NCBI GenBank assembly: GCA_964468585.1
Contig: CAYXTM010000005.1
Location: 10,247-74,246, forward strand
Direction: 5' to 3'
Length of the DNA: 64,000 bases
From: an uncultured Thermoplasmatales archaeon
GTDB lineage: Archaea; Thermoplasmatota; Thermoplasmata; Thermoplasmatales; GCA-001856825
In this document: piece by piece, positions 17,777-26,526 of the stretch
Numbering within the stretch: the stretch's first letter is position 1
Layout of the letters: every line of letters begins with the position of its first letter
Position numbers and translations under genes: made by a program
The notes under the pieces: model-generated
Database searches by the model: none
Told to the model about the DNA's origin: nothing
The model's input: the letters and a program-made list of their open reading frames with translations, nothing else

Positions 17777-20450
17777 CTACCTTCTTATCCTTTGAGGCTG
17801 CCTGTGCAGCAGCTAACAAAGCCAATGGAACTCTATATGGCGAGGCAGAAACATAATGCAAGCCTACTTCATGACAGAATTTCACAGAATCAGGGTCCCC
17901 TCCGTGCTCACCACATATGCCTATTTCAATATTCTTATTTGCTTTTAATCCCTTTTCCCTAGCTATTTTAACAAGCTCCCCAACTCCTTTCTTATCTATG
18001 GTATCAAACGGATTTCTCTCAAATATTCTTAAATCTAAATACTTTGGAAGGAAGGTAGCCTCTACATCATCCCTAGAAAAAGCCAAGGTCATCTGTGTCA
18101 GATCATTTGTTCCAAAGCTAAAGAAGTCAGCCACTCCAGCTATCTCGTCAGCAGTTAGAGCTGCTCTTGGAGTTTCTATCATAGTTCCGAATTTATATTT
18201 CAATGTCTTATCAGCAATCTCTTCTTTTATAATTTTTTCAAGTCTTTCCCTAACTAATTTCAACTCCCTTGCTTCTATTGTTAGGGGAATCATTATTTCT
18301 GGTATTACAACAAGTCCCTCCTCCTGAACTTTCAATGCTGCCCTTATGATTGCCCTGACTTGCATTTCATAAATCTCCGGATATAAAATTCCTACCCTTA
18401 TTCCTCTGAATCCTATCATGGGATTAAATTCACTGAGGGAATTGACTTTTCTAAGAACTTCAGTCAGTTCTTTCATTTTCTTCTTAATAGAAGATTTCCT
18501 CTTATCGTCAGTGGCATTTTTCAACTTGTATTTAAGCTCAGTTATCTCCACCATCAGGTCTTCCTTCTTGGGCAAGAATTCATGTAATGGGGGATCAAGT
18601 AGTCTTATTATAACTGGAAATCCATTCATGGTTCTGAAGAATTCAACGAAATCGTTGTACTGCAGAGGAAGAAGTTTATCAAGATATCTTTTTCTTTCGT
18701 TCAAATCGTCGGACATTATCATGGCCCTCATGATGGGGATTCTGTCAGCGCCCAAGAACATCCTTTCAGTTCTTGCCAGACCTATGCCCTCCGCCCCATT
18801 CTTCCTTGCGAGAACCGCTTCCTCGGGTGTATTAGCATTTGCCAGAACTCCAATTTTTTTAACTTTTTTGCAGAATCCCATGAAAGTTTCATAATCTCCA
18901 GTTAATTCTGGTGGAATCAGTGGAACTTTTCCTATGTATACTTTTCCACTTGTGCCGTCGACTGTTATCTCATCTCCCTCTTTCAATTCAACTGTCTTGA
19001 ATTTTACTTTTCCTCCAGCCTGATCTATCTTCATATCCTCTGCCCCAACTATCGCTGGCTTTCCCATGGCTCTTGCTACTACGGCAGCATGTGACGTCAT
19101 TCCTCCCCTGGATGTCAGTACCGCCTCAGATACAGATATTCCATGTACATCATCAGCCAGTGTTTCCGTTCTCACCAAGATAACTTTCTCTCCTTTCTCG
19201 GCTAATTTTACAGCCCTGTCTGGATCCAGTACAATCTTGCCAGAACCAGCCCCAGGACTAGCGGCAAGACCAGAGACAATCGGTTCTCCGGCTTTTGATT
19301 TATCTACTTGTGGATGGAGAAGTTGGTTGATATGTCCAGGTTCAACCAGATTGACTGCTTCTTCCATTGTGACCTTTCCTTCATTGTAGAAATCTACTGC
19401 GATCTTGATTGCTGCTTTGGCACTCCTTTTGGCACTTCTTGTCTGTAGAAGGTAGAAAACTCCGTCCTGTATGGTGAACTCAATATCTTGGACATCTTTA
19501 TAATGGTTCTCAAGTATCTGGGCTGATCGAATAAGTTCATCGTAGGCCTGTGGGATCTCGTCTTTCATCTTTTCAACTTGGGAAGGTGTCCTGATACCTG
19601 CCACCACATCTTCACCCTGCGCATTTATTAAATATTCTCCATAGAGCTTCTTTTCTCCTGTATTCGGGTCCCTTGTGAATGCTACTCCAGTAGCCGATTT
19701 TGGTCCAGTATTTCCGAAGACCATGGTGACTACGGAGACTGCGGTGCCCAGTGAATCTGGTATGTTGTTAATTCTTCTGTATACAACAGCCCTTTCATTT
19801 TTCCATGAATCAAAGACCGCCTTTATTGCTAATTCTAGTTGTTTATAAGGATCATCTGGTAGTTCTTTTCCATCTGACCTTATAATTTCTTTGAACTGAG
19901 CAACTATTTGCTTCCAATCTTCTGCCTGAATTTCATAATCATTCTTTATATTCTTTTTTTCCTTTATCTCTTCAATCAATTTATCAAATTTCTTTCCGTC
20001 AACATTAAGTACAATCCTCCCGAACATTTGTACAAATCTTCTGTAAGCATCCCATGCGAATCTCTCATTTTGGGTTTCAGATGCGAGTATATTTACGTTA
20101 TTATCGTTTAGACCTAAATTCAGGACGGTATCCATCATTCCGGGCATGCTTACTGGAGCCCCAGATCTGACAGAGACGAGCAATATTTTTGGTCCTCCTC
20201 CAAAGGTTCTCTGAGTTCTTCTTTCAAGTTCATGCATGGATTTTACAACATCCTCCCATAATCCAGGTGGAAGATTTCCATTCACAAAATAATAATTGCA
20301 GGCCTCAGTGGTGATAGTGAATCCAGGAGGAGTCCTCAGACCAATTCTTGTCATCTCAGCAAGTCCTGCCCCTTTACCACCAAGCAAATACTTCATGTCC
20401 TTAGATCCTTCCTCAAAAAAATAAATGTACTTTTTGGGCTCATTTGACAT
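17769..20450 (-). CDS. ppdK: pyruvate, phosphate dikinase
   Basis: 893 aa. Contains LGGKGAGLAEM (ATP-grasp N-terminal domain), the phosphohistidine segment GGMTSHAAVVARAMG, and a PEP/pyruvate TIM domain with FFSFGTNDLTQ. Confidence 0.95.
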   Translation of the reverse strand: MSNEPKKYIYFFEEGSKDMKYLLGGKGAGLAEMTRIGLRTPPGFTITTEACNYYFVNGNLPPGLWEDVVKSMHELERRTQRTFGGGPKILLVSVRSGAPVSMPGMMDTVLNLGLNDNNVNILASETQNERFAWDAYRRFVQMFGRIVLNVDGKKFDKLIEEIKEKKNIKNDYEIQAEDWKQIVAQFKEIIRSDGKELPDDPYKQLELAIKAVFDSWKNERAVVYRRINNIPDSLGTAVSVVTMVFGNTGPKSATGVAFTRDPNTGEKKLYGEYLINAQGEDVVAGIRTPSQVEKMKDEIPQAYDELIRSAQILENHYKDVQDIEFTIQDGVFYLLQTRSAKRSAKAAIKIAVDFYNEGKVTMEEAVNLVEPGHINQLLHPQVDKSKAGEPIVSGLAASPGAGSGKIVLDPDRAVKLAEKGEKVILVRTETLADDVHGISVSEAVLTSRGGMTSHAAVVARAMGKPAIVGAEDMKIDQAGGKVKFKTVELKEGDEITVDGTSGKVYIGKVPLIPPELTGDYETFMGFCKKVKKIGVLANANTPEEAVLARKNGAEGIGLARTERMFLGADRIPIMRAMIMSDDLNERKRYLDKLLPLQYNDFVEFFRTMNGFPVIIRLLDPPLHEFLPKKEDLMVEITELKYKLKNATDDKRKSSIKKKMKELTEVLRKVNSLSEFNPMIGFRGIRVGILYPEIYEMQVRAIIRAALKVQEEGLVVIPEIMIPLTIEARELKLVRERLEKIIKEEIADKTLKYKFGTMIETPRAALTADEIAGVADFFSFGTNDLTQMTLAFSRDDVEATFLPKYLDLRIFERNPFDTIDKKGVGELVKIAREKGLKANKNIEIGICGEHGGDPDSVKFCHEVGLHYVSASPYRVPLALLAAAQAASKDKKVGD

Positions 20451-20548
20451 GAATGTGTATTTCTTTCTCTATTTAAATGTTTAATGACATGTTAATCGGT
20501 GTAAACGAGTTTAAAAATAAATTAAATCGCTATAAGAGATAGAAAAAA

Positions 20549-21781
20549 TTAAACGTATCTTAAAATGGCACCTATGCCACTAAAGGCCTTTAGGAATAGA
20601 GCCCCTTCATCTGATTCATCGCTTATTAATTCAATATTGGCACCGCTCTCCTGACCGGCTTTAATGTATTCTTCAATCAGGTCTGTTTCTTCTATCGGTA
20701 CCATTGGATTACCACATTTTGGGCATTCCCTTATAACTTCTCGGGAAGAGACCTCCACAATCTCGGTCCCATCGTTCTCGCACCTGTATTTAATTCTATA
20801 CTTTACTAGACCTTTTGAAATTATGAGAGTGTCTACCCTTCCTTGTTTCAATGCATCCATGACTTCCTTGTCCCCATAGATGGCCTTGCCAGTACCTTTT
20901 TTGATCTCCACGAGGAACCTTTCCACCAGTCTTTTTTCTCTTGTAATTTCCAGTTGTTCTAGGGTTTGTGATGCCTTATCGACCAATTCCTTTAATCCAT
21001 ATTCGTTGGTATAACCCACATCATAAAGATCAATTACCTTCTGTTGTATCTGATAATGCAGGTATCCCTTCTTATAGAAAAATTCCTTAGTAGAGCCAGG
21101 TCCTCCGATGAGCACTCCCTTCAAATTTGGTTCCTTCAAAAAAGCCTGAGATGCAATTTCTCCTACCTTAGTGAAGAATTCATGGGCAGCTATTTCAATT
21201 AGCCTTTCATATCTTCTGGAACTTTGTCCACCCTGATGGTGCTTACTTGGAACCCTGCTCTCCAGGTTTTCTACTACCTCAATTCTTGCTCCCTTAAGGA
21301 GTCCAATGGTTGCCTCTGCCCTGTCAATTACAATCAGTCCATATGTATCCTTGTGTTCTAGCATGGGGAGAATGGGATCAAGGTAGAACCTGGAGTCGCA
21401 TCGGTAAAGGAAACTTGTGACCTTTTGTGGCGGTTCTATAAAATAAGAAACCATTTCAGTCTGATCCCCCTTGGTAGGGATATGGCCTACGAAGACTGCA
21501 AGGCCATTCTCGGGGGGCATCTTGTAATATTTCAATTTGCTCATTATGCTTTCAATGGCGGAAGTGACATTCTTTCTTGTAGTCTTACTTTTAATGTTTG
21601 TGGAGGTTGAGTACTCATCCCTCAGATATGCAATAACATCTGATATTGGTCTTCCTGGGGGGATATAAACTGATATTAATTCTGTACCTCTGCCCTCCAG
21701 ATTCTTTATTTCCTCAATATGTTTCTTGAATTGATATTCTTTTAACTCCTTCTCAATATCCTTTTCCTTGTTATCTGGCAT
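20549..21781 (-). CDS. prf1: peptide chain release factor aRF1
   Basis: 410 aa. Contains TSTNIKSKTTRKN (NIKS) and HHQGGQSSRRYERL (GGQ), with a C-terminal GIGAILRY. Confidence 0.95.
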   Translation of the reverse strand: MPDNKEKDIEKELKEYQFKKHIEEIKNLEGRGTELISVYIPPGRPISDVIAYLRDEYSTSTNIKSKTTRKNVTSAIESIMSKLKYYKMPPENGLAVFVGHIPTKGDQTEMVSYFIEPPQKVTSFLYRCDSRFYLDPILPMLEHKDTYGLIVIDRAEATIGLLKGARIEVVENLESRVPSKHHQGGQSSRRYERLIEIAAHEFFTKVGEIASQAFLKEPNLKGVLIGGPGSTKEFFYKKGYLHYQIQQKVIDLYDVGYTNEYGLKELVDKASQTLEQLEITREKRLVERFLVEIKKGTGKAIYGDKEVMDALKQGRVDTLIISKGLVKYRIKYRCENDGTEIVEVSSREVIRECPKCGNPMVPIEETDLIEEYIKAGQESGANIELISDESDEGALFLKAFSGIGAILRYV

Positions 21782-21795
21782 CTCACGGACTCCAT

Positions 21796-22548
21796 TTAAT
21801 GTGACTTTTGCTCAGACCCGTCAGACTGCCCGGCTTGGGCACCGGTTTCCTGGGTCTTATGTTCCTCCTTTTTCTCTTCTGATCTCTTTGGATATATCTC
21901 TTTGAAAATTATGTCCTTATTTGCTACATATTCCCTTATTTCCCCAACTATCCCAAATTTTGCCACTGTCCAGTTTTCATCTATTTTTGCATTGTCGGGG
22001 ATGGTGATTGTGATAACTTCACTGCTATCAATTTGGAATTTATCAATATCCTTCGAATAATTCAACTCTATAATTGCTTTAATCTTTTCGAGTTCAGATT
22101 CTACTTTCTCCAAAATTTTGAATTTATATTTTATTGCCTTTCCAGCCAATGGGTGATTGAAATCTACAACTACCCTTCCAGGACTTACTGTGGTAATTCT
22201 GCCGTATTTGTCACCAATCTTTACTACTTTTCCAATTTCTGGCTCTACCTCTCTCCTATCCAACTCCCTTCTTGAAATAACTTTTACGTTGTTCGGGTCC
22301 CTGACGCCGAATGCGTCCTGGGGCTGGATTAATATTTCCTTTTCCTCTCCCACATTTGATTTGATAATTTCCTCTTCCAAGGGTTTCAATAGTCTACCAG
22401 ATCCAACAATAACTACCATTGGTTTATAAACTGTATGCTCATCAAATATCCCTGATGATTTTGCCTTCTCAGCATCAGTTGTTTCTATCAGCTTCCCATC
22501 CTCTGTGAATGAATCATACTGTAATCTGATGATGTCTCCTTTCTCCAT
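21796..22548 (-). CDS. long-type FKBP peptidyl-prolyl cis-trans isomerase
   Basis: 250 aa. Has an FKBP core with an IF insert (FGVRDPNNV..., VVVDFNHPLAGKAIKYKFKI) plus a C-terminal extension ending in an acidic/Gln-rich tail. Confidence 0.8.
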   Translation of the reverse strand: MEKGDIIRLQYDSFTEDGKLIETTDAEKAKSSGIFDEHTVYKPMVVIVGSGRLLKPLEEEIIKSNVGEEKEILIQPQDAFGVRDPNNVKVISRRELDRREVEPEIGKVVKIGDKYGRITTVSPGRVVVDFNHPLAGKAIKYKFKILEKVESELEKIKAIIELNYSKDIDKFQIDSSEVITITIPDNAKIDENWTVAKFGIVGEIREYVANKDIIFKEIYPKRSEEKKEEHKTQETGAQAGQSDGSEQKSH

Positions 22549-22658
22549 TTAAATCCCTTCTTTCACCATAATAACCGAAATTATAAAAATGTTGAGTTTC
22601 AAAGGTTGCTGAATAACAGTAAATAATATCTAATAGTACTTTATAATCCCGTGAAAAT

Positions 22659-22731
22659 AGCCCCGTGGTGTAGAGGCCAAGCATAGCGGGCTCTGGACCC
22701 GCAGACAGCAGTTCGAATCTGCTCGGGGCTA
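22659..22731 (+). tRNA. tRNA-Gln (anticodon CUG)
   Basis: Hand-folded cloverleaf. Acceptor AGCCCCG/CGGGGCT plus discriminator A. D-stem GTGT/GCAT with G-U pairs. Anticodon stem GCGGG/CCCGC with loop CT-CTG-GA. T-arm AGCAG-TTCGAAT-CTGCT. No encoded CCA. It is a GC-rich island in AT-rich surroundings. Confidence 0.9.
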
Positions 22732-22894
22732 TAATAAAATTCAAGAAATTCATGGAATGGCTAGATTTGAAGGAGTTATAATCAGGCAATATATTCGAAT
22801 GATTTTTCATATTAATTTTCAAAAATAAAGGTACTATGGAAATGGACGAGAAATCATTTATATGATCAAATAGAATGCCTCCACTAGATGTGAG

Positions 22895-23092
22895 ATGTTC
22901 AAAGTTCAATTAATGGACAAGAATGAAATAGTGGAAGTCAAAGAAGAGATGAAGGTTTCGGAAATAGCAAAAAAATTCGGCTATAACCCGGAATCAGTTA
23001 TATTCCTGAGGGATGGAATGCCTATTCCAGATGATGAAATTCCCAAAGATGATGACCTAATTATAATTATGAAGGCATTCTCAGGTGGATAA
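22895..23092 (+). CDS. ThiS/MoaD-type beta-grasp protein with C-terminal Gly-Gly (SAMP-like small modifier / sulfur carrier)
   Basis: 65 aa (59 aa if it starts at the second Met). The ThiS-like pattern ...VEVKEEMKVSEIAKKFGYNPESVIFLRDGMPIPDDEIPKDDDLIIIMKAFSGG ends exactly in GG followed by the stop. Confidence 0.6.
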   Translation: MFKVQLMDKNEIVEVKEEMKVSEIAKKFGYNPESVIFLRDGMPIPDDEIPKDDDLIIIMKAFSGG

Positions 23093-23094
23093 TA

Positions 23095-24069
23095 TTAAAT
23101 CCTGTATCTAAGGATGGCGGCAATGCCTCCGAAGGATTGGATAATCTTACCAGTTTCCCAATCTGAATGAATGACAAATATTTTGCATCCTCCATCCTTG
23201 CATTTTTTGAAGAGTTCATTGCCAGATTTTTCCCTGAAGAACTTATCTGTCATCAGAAGTGTATCAACTGCCCGCATGTCCAATGCATTGAGTATCTCTT
23301 TTATCCCATAAATACCCATATTTGAACCGATTTTCTTCAGGAAAGTAGCAACGATTTCATTCTCAAATGATTTCCTTAATTTTGTAACTCCTGATTGCAG
23401 AAGCTCCCTTATTCCCTCTTCTCTGCTCTGTGATACATCTGTATCTACGAAATTGAAACCTTTTAATTCCCTCATCAACTGTTCCTTGAACATTGAGGGG
23501 CCTATGAGAAATATCTCCTCGTTCAAATAGTTAGAAAGCCTCCTTTTCAGTTCTTCAAGCCATTTGGAATTAGAGGTTTCATATTGCTTACCTTGATGCC
23601 TATCAATCTCAAATATGGGTATATTTGAAGTTTCAGTTATCTTGTAAAGGGAAACAGTTTCATCATCAACCGACAAGACCAGAGAACTCTTTACGTTAAA
23701 TTCCTCAAAGCCTTTCAGTTTTTCTATAAATGTTTCTTTATCAATAGGAATTACATCAATTTCAGACCCCTTCTGAACATTAACGGATTGGTAGGAATCG
23801 ATATAATCTTCTGGACCACTGATTATCTTCCCAAGAAGATGAAACTGACCGCTTAACTCCAGAAACTCAAAATTCTCTAACTTTATTCCTACCCGAATTC
23901 TCTCCCGAGAGGTTTTCTTACTCCTTATCTTATCCCCTTTGTCCTCGGTTCTTCTAAATACATCTGCGAAAATTACATCTCCTGGTTGAAGTAGAAGCGA
24001 TAAATACCATAGATCCTCATCTTCTGAAATGGTAAGTTTTATTGTTTCATCCAAAATATCATATTTCAA
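23095..24069 (-). CDS. pelA: Pelota (Dom34) ribosome-rescue factor
   Basis: 324 aa. N-terminal Sm-like domain (DEDLWYLSLLLQPGDVI), eRF1-like middle and C-terminal domains, and an ending of GGIAAILRYRI that parallels aRF1. Confidence 0.9.
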   Translation of the reverse strand: MKYDILDETIKLTISEDEDLWYLSLLLQPGDVIFADVFRRTEDKGDKIRSKKTSRERIRVGIKLENFEFLELSGQFHLLGKIISGPEDYIDSYQSVNVQKGSEIDVIPIDKETFIEKLKGFEEFNVKSSLVLSVDDETVSLYKITETSNIPIFEIDRHQGKQYETSNSKWLEELKRRLSNYLNEEIFLIGPSMFKEQLMRELKGFNFVDTDVSQSREEGIRELLQSGVTKLRKSFENEIVATFLKKIGSNMGIYGIKEILNALDMRAVDTLLMTDKFFREKSGNELFKKCKDGGCKIFVIHSDWETGKIIQSFGGIAAILRYRI

Positions 24070-24493
24070 TTCCCATCTTCTCCAGTGATTTCTTAAAATT
24101 TCTTATGTGAGACCCATTCCAGTAATATTTTTCACATCTTTCACAGAAATATATATCTCCAGCCTCCCTCGGGACAAATGGAGGTAGGTTTGATATGTCT
24201 GTTACTTTAGCTAATTTCGATCCACATTCTGTACATATGGAGAATTTTTCATTTTCAGGAGAGGGCAGTTTATCTATAACTTCCTTTAATTGAGCTGCTG
24301 GGTTGTCATTTACTACATAGATTGAATTTTTAATCTTCCTCGCAAGATCCTTGTCTCTGGTTAGAATCAGGTCATCATGATGCTTCTTAATAATTTCTTC
24401 GTCCTGGACACTGCTGTCTATTATGATAATATCGTATCCCAACATTCTGAGATATCTTGATAATTTCCCAAGCATTGCATCCAGGACAATCAT
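24059..24493 (-). CDS. Mut7-C / PIN-like RNase domain protein with C-terminal zinc ribbon
   Basis: 144 aa. MIVLDAMLGKLSRYLRMLGYD is the characteristic Mut7-C (PF01927-type) N-terminus. The C-terminal ribbon reads CTECGSKL...FCERCEKYYWNGSH. It overlaps the Pelota start by 11 nt and the upstream MptE-like stop by 4 nt. Confidence 0.8.
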   Translation of the reverse strand: MIVLDAMLGKLSRYLRMLGYDIIIIDSSVQDEEIIKKHHDDLILTRDKDLARKIKNSIYVVNDNPAAQLKEVIDKLPSPENEKFSICTECGSKLAKVTDISNLPPFVPREAGDIYFCERCEKYYWNGSHIRNFKKSLEKMGIEI

Positions 24494-25200
24494 TTTACCA
24501 TATATTCAATCCTTATATTTGTGAATTTTTCTATTATTTCCTTACCAATGGACATTTTTTTAAGCTTTAGGTCTTTGGGCTCGTCCAATGGCTGATCAAA
24601 GTTAAAACCATAAATACGTATTGATTTTGCTCCCATGCATATTCCCATTATCACTGCTCTATCACCGTCAGTAAAACCCCCTATATTTCGCACTTTTCCT
24701 ATGGGAATGCTCTGCGTGGTGCCAAGTACACTACCTTTCAATTTAGGGACAAACTTTTCCAATTTTTCAATATTATCACCATGGGCATGAACGACTATCC
24801 ATTTTTTAAGATCGGAAGCTAAAATTATCTTATCAAGGGGACCGTCTAGATCAGTGACTACCATGTCAAAATCTCCTTCATAGAAATTGAGAGCAGAATC
24901 CGCCACAATATTGAATCCACTTATAGAATGTGGAGGATTAAATGGACCTATTACATTCACTTCATTTACTTTAGGTAAAAAAAGCCAGTTATTCTTATCT
25001 ATTAGCGAATTAAGAAGTATCCCTGAAAGGAAGTCAAGGTAAGGATTATAGAGGAAGGTGGATACAATCTTCCTATGCAGTAGTATTTTGCGGGGCGTTA
25101 TCCTCTTCTGGCAACAATCTTCTTCTAATGACTGATACAATGATTCCACCCAATAAACCTCCGGCCAGAAGCAGGCCTCCATAATAGGCCGTATTACCAA
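24490..25200 (-). CDS. mptE: MptE-like 6-hydroxymethyl-7,8-dihydropterin pyrophosphokinase (DUF115)
   Basis: 236 aa. Contains MVVTDLDG and VVHAHGDN motifs typical of archaeal MptE/DUF115. The N-terminal 128 nt overlap the upstream DUF373 gene, so the start is uncertain. Confidence 0.7.
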   Translation of the reverse strand: MVIRPIMEACFWPEVYWVESLYQSLEEDCCQKRITPRKILLHRKIVSTFLYNPYLDFLSGILLNSLIDKNNWLFLPKVNEVNVIGPFNPPHSISGFNIVADSALNFYEGDFDMVVTDLDGPLDKIILASDLKKWIVVHAHGDNIEKLEKFVPKLKGSVLGTTQSIPIGKVRNIGGFTDGDRAVIMGICMGAKSIRIYGFNFDQPLDEPKDLKLKKMSIGKEIIEKFTNIRIEYMVK

Positions 25201-26218
25201 ACTGCTTCTTGAAAATACTCACCTCAATCAATGTAAGAACGCCCATTATTGCGGCAGCGAAACTTACTGCAAAAAATGTTGAAAGTATGTACTGGGTTAG
25301 ATATTTTTTCTTCGCTTCAGCCTTGAATATTCTAATTGTTTCAACTATTCTTCCTATATCGTATATTACCACTCCAACGATGAAAATTGGTACAAATTTG
25401 TAGAGAAGGTAAAGTATCGCTATGTAAAGCACATTTTGGGTCAGAGCAGCCTGAAATCCTATGTAAATTCCATAAATGATGACAAAGGTACCCATTAAGC
25501 CTGAAAAAACTGTGATTCTTGCATTCAAGAATTCTTCCTCTAATCTATTCCATGCCAATGATAGTTTTTTATCCACAGCATAAGCCTTAATTAAAAAATA
25601 AATCCCTATGGCCGTTGAAACAGATATGAAGCCTGCACTGGTTGGATCTAAGGAATCCAGCCCGAAATAATATATTCGAAGTATGAATATCAGAAGCATT
25701 GATAATCCTAAAACTAGAAAGGCCACTCCCAATGGAGCTAGGACTCTTCTCAGGAATTTTTCCTCTCTCAGCGCCTTAACTATTATGTAATAAAGGGATT
25801 CAATATTTTTCTCCTGCCGAACAACAAGTCTCCTGACTAATTTTATTGGAACCTTCGAAATTATTATGGGTATTATGAATTCATCCTCTGCCCCGTCAGA
25901 TATGAAAATAGCATCATCTGGTTTCACTACCTCAATGACCTTTTCCAGTTGCTCAGACAGAATTGTATCTGATATGGTACCAACATTCTTATCGCCTGCT
26001 ATGGCAACAATTTCAATATCTCTGTTTTGAGACTTTAGTTGATCATATTCCTTTATACCAAGAAAAAGTGCATTTCCATCTGAATCCTCAGGATCTACAC
26101 TCAATAAAGAAATAGCCGCATTAAGCACAGCCTCTCTTCCAATGAGAGGTGTTTTAATGCGACTCTTTTCACCTATATCGTTATCTCTATCAACACATAT
26201 TATTACAGTTTTCATCAC
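25073..26218 (-). CDS. DUF373-family membrane protein
   Basis: 381 aa. Has a soluble N-terminal domain (MMKTVIICVDRDNDIGEK...) followed by about 7 TM helices. This is my recollection of archaeal DUF373 architecture. Confidence 0.65.
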   Translation of the reverse strand: MMKTVIICVDRDNDIGEKSRIKTPLIGREAVLNAAISLLSVDPEDSDGNALFLGIKEYDQLKSQNRDIEIVAIAGDKNVGTISDTILSEQLEKVIEVVKPDDAIFISDGAEDEFIIPIIISKVPIKLVRRLVVRQEKNIESLYYIIVKALREEKFLRRVLAPLGVAFLVLGLSMLLIFILRIYYFGLDSLDPTSAGFISVSTAIGIYFLIKAYAVDKKLSLAWNRLEEEFLNARITVFSGLMGTFVIIYGIYIGFQAALTQNVLYIAILYLLYKFVPIFIVGVVIYDIGRIVETIRIFKAEAKKKYLTQYILSTFFAVSFAAAIMGVLTLIEVSIFKKQFGNTAYYGGLLLAGGLLGGIIVSVIRRRLLPEEDNAPQNTTA

Positions 26219-26430
26219 TTAATAACAAAATATCCGGCGCTTTTCTGTCTTGCGACCCTTTTCACATATCCCTTATTCTGTAATTCCTGCAGGGCATTAT
26301 TCACTACACCCTTACCCATCTGTGATGCCTTCATGACATCATCAGCAGTCTTTAGTTTTTCCTCGCTTGTGGCGCCTAATTTCTTTAAAGCATCATAAAC
26401 CTTTTGAGCATTTGGTGTTAGATCTCCCAT
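26215..26430 (-). CDS. small winged-helix DNA-binding protein
   Basis: 71 aa with a wHTH-like pattern (AQKVYDALKKLG...ASQMGKGVVNNALQELQNKGYVKR). It has a 4-nt overlap with the downstream DUF373 gene. Confidence 0.5.
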   Translation of the reverse strand: MGDLTPNAQKVYDALKKLGATSEEKLKTADDVMKASQMGKGVVNNALQELQNKGYVKRVARQKSAGYFVIK

Positions 26431-26526
26431 AATGTTTCACCAGTAGTTGTATAACAATTTAATATATATAGAATTTGAATGAAATCGGGAAAATCTTAAT
26501 GACGGAAAAAATAATGAAGTCTGGCA

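Noticed and set aside
22659-22894. tRNA-Gln as an integration hotspot, or a functional link between tRNA-Gln and the neighbouring SAMP-like sulfur carrier
   Set aside because: I could find no integrase and no duplicated tRNA 3' fragment (att-like direct repeat) in the flanks. The anticodon is CUG, not the UUG isoacceptor that carries s2U34. The adjacency is most likely coincidental.
22514-22909. 131-aa minus-strand ORF spanning the FKBP-SAMP intergenic region
   Set aside because: It runs antisense straight through the well-folded tRNA-Gln (22659-22731) and the AT-rich spacers, and its sequence has no protein-like features. I treat it as a spurious ORF.
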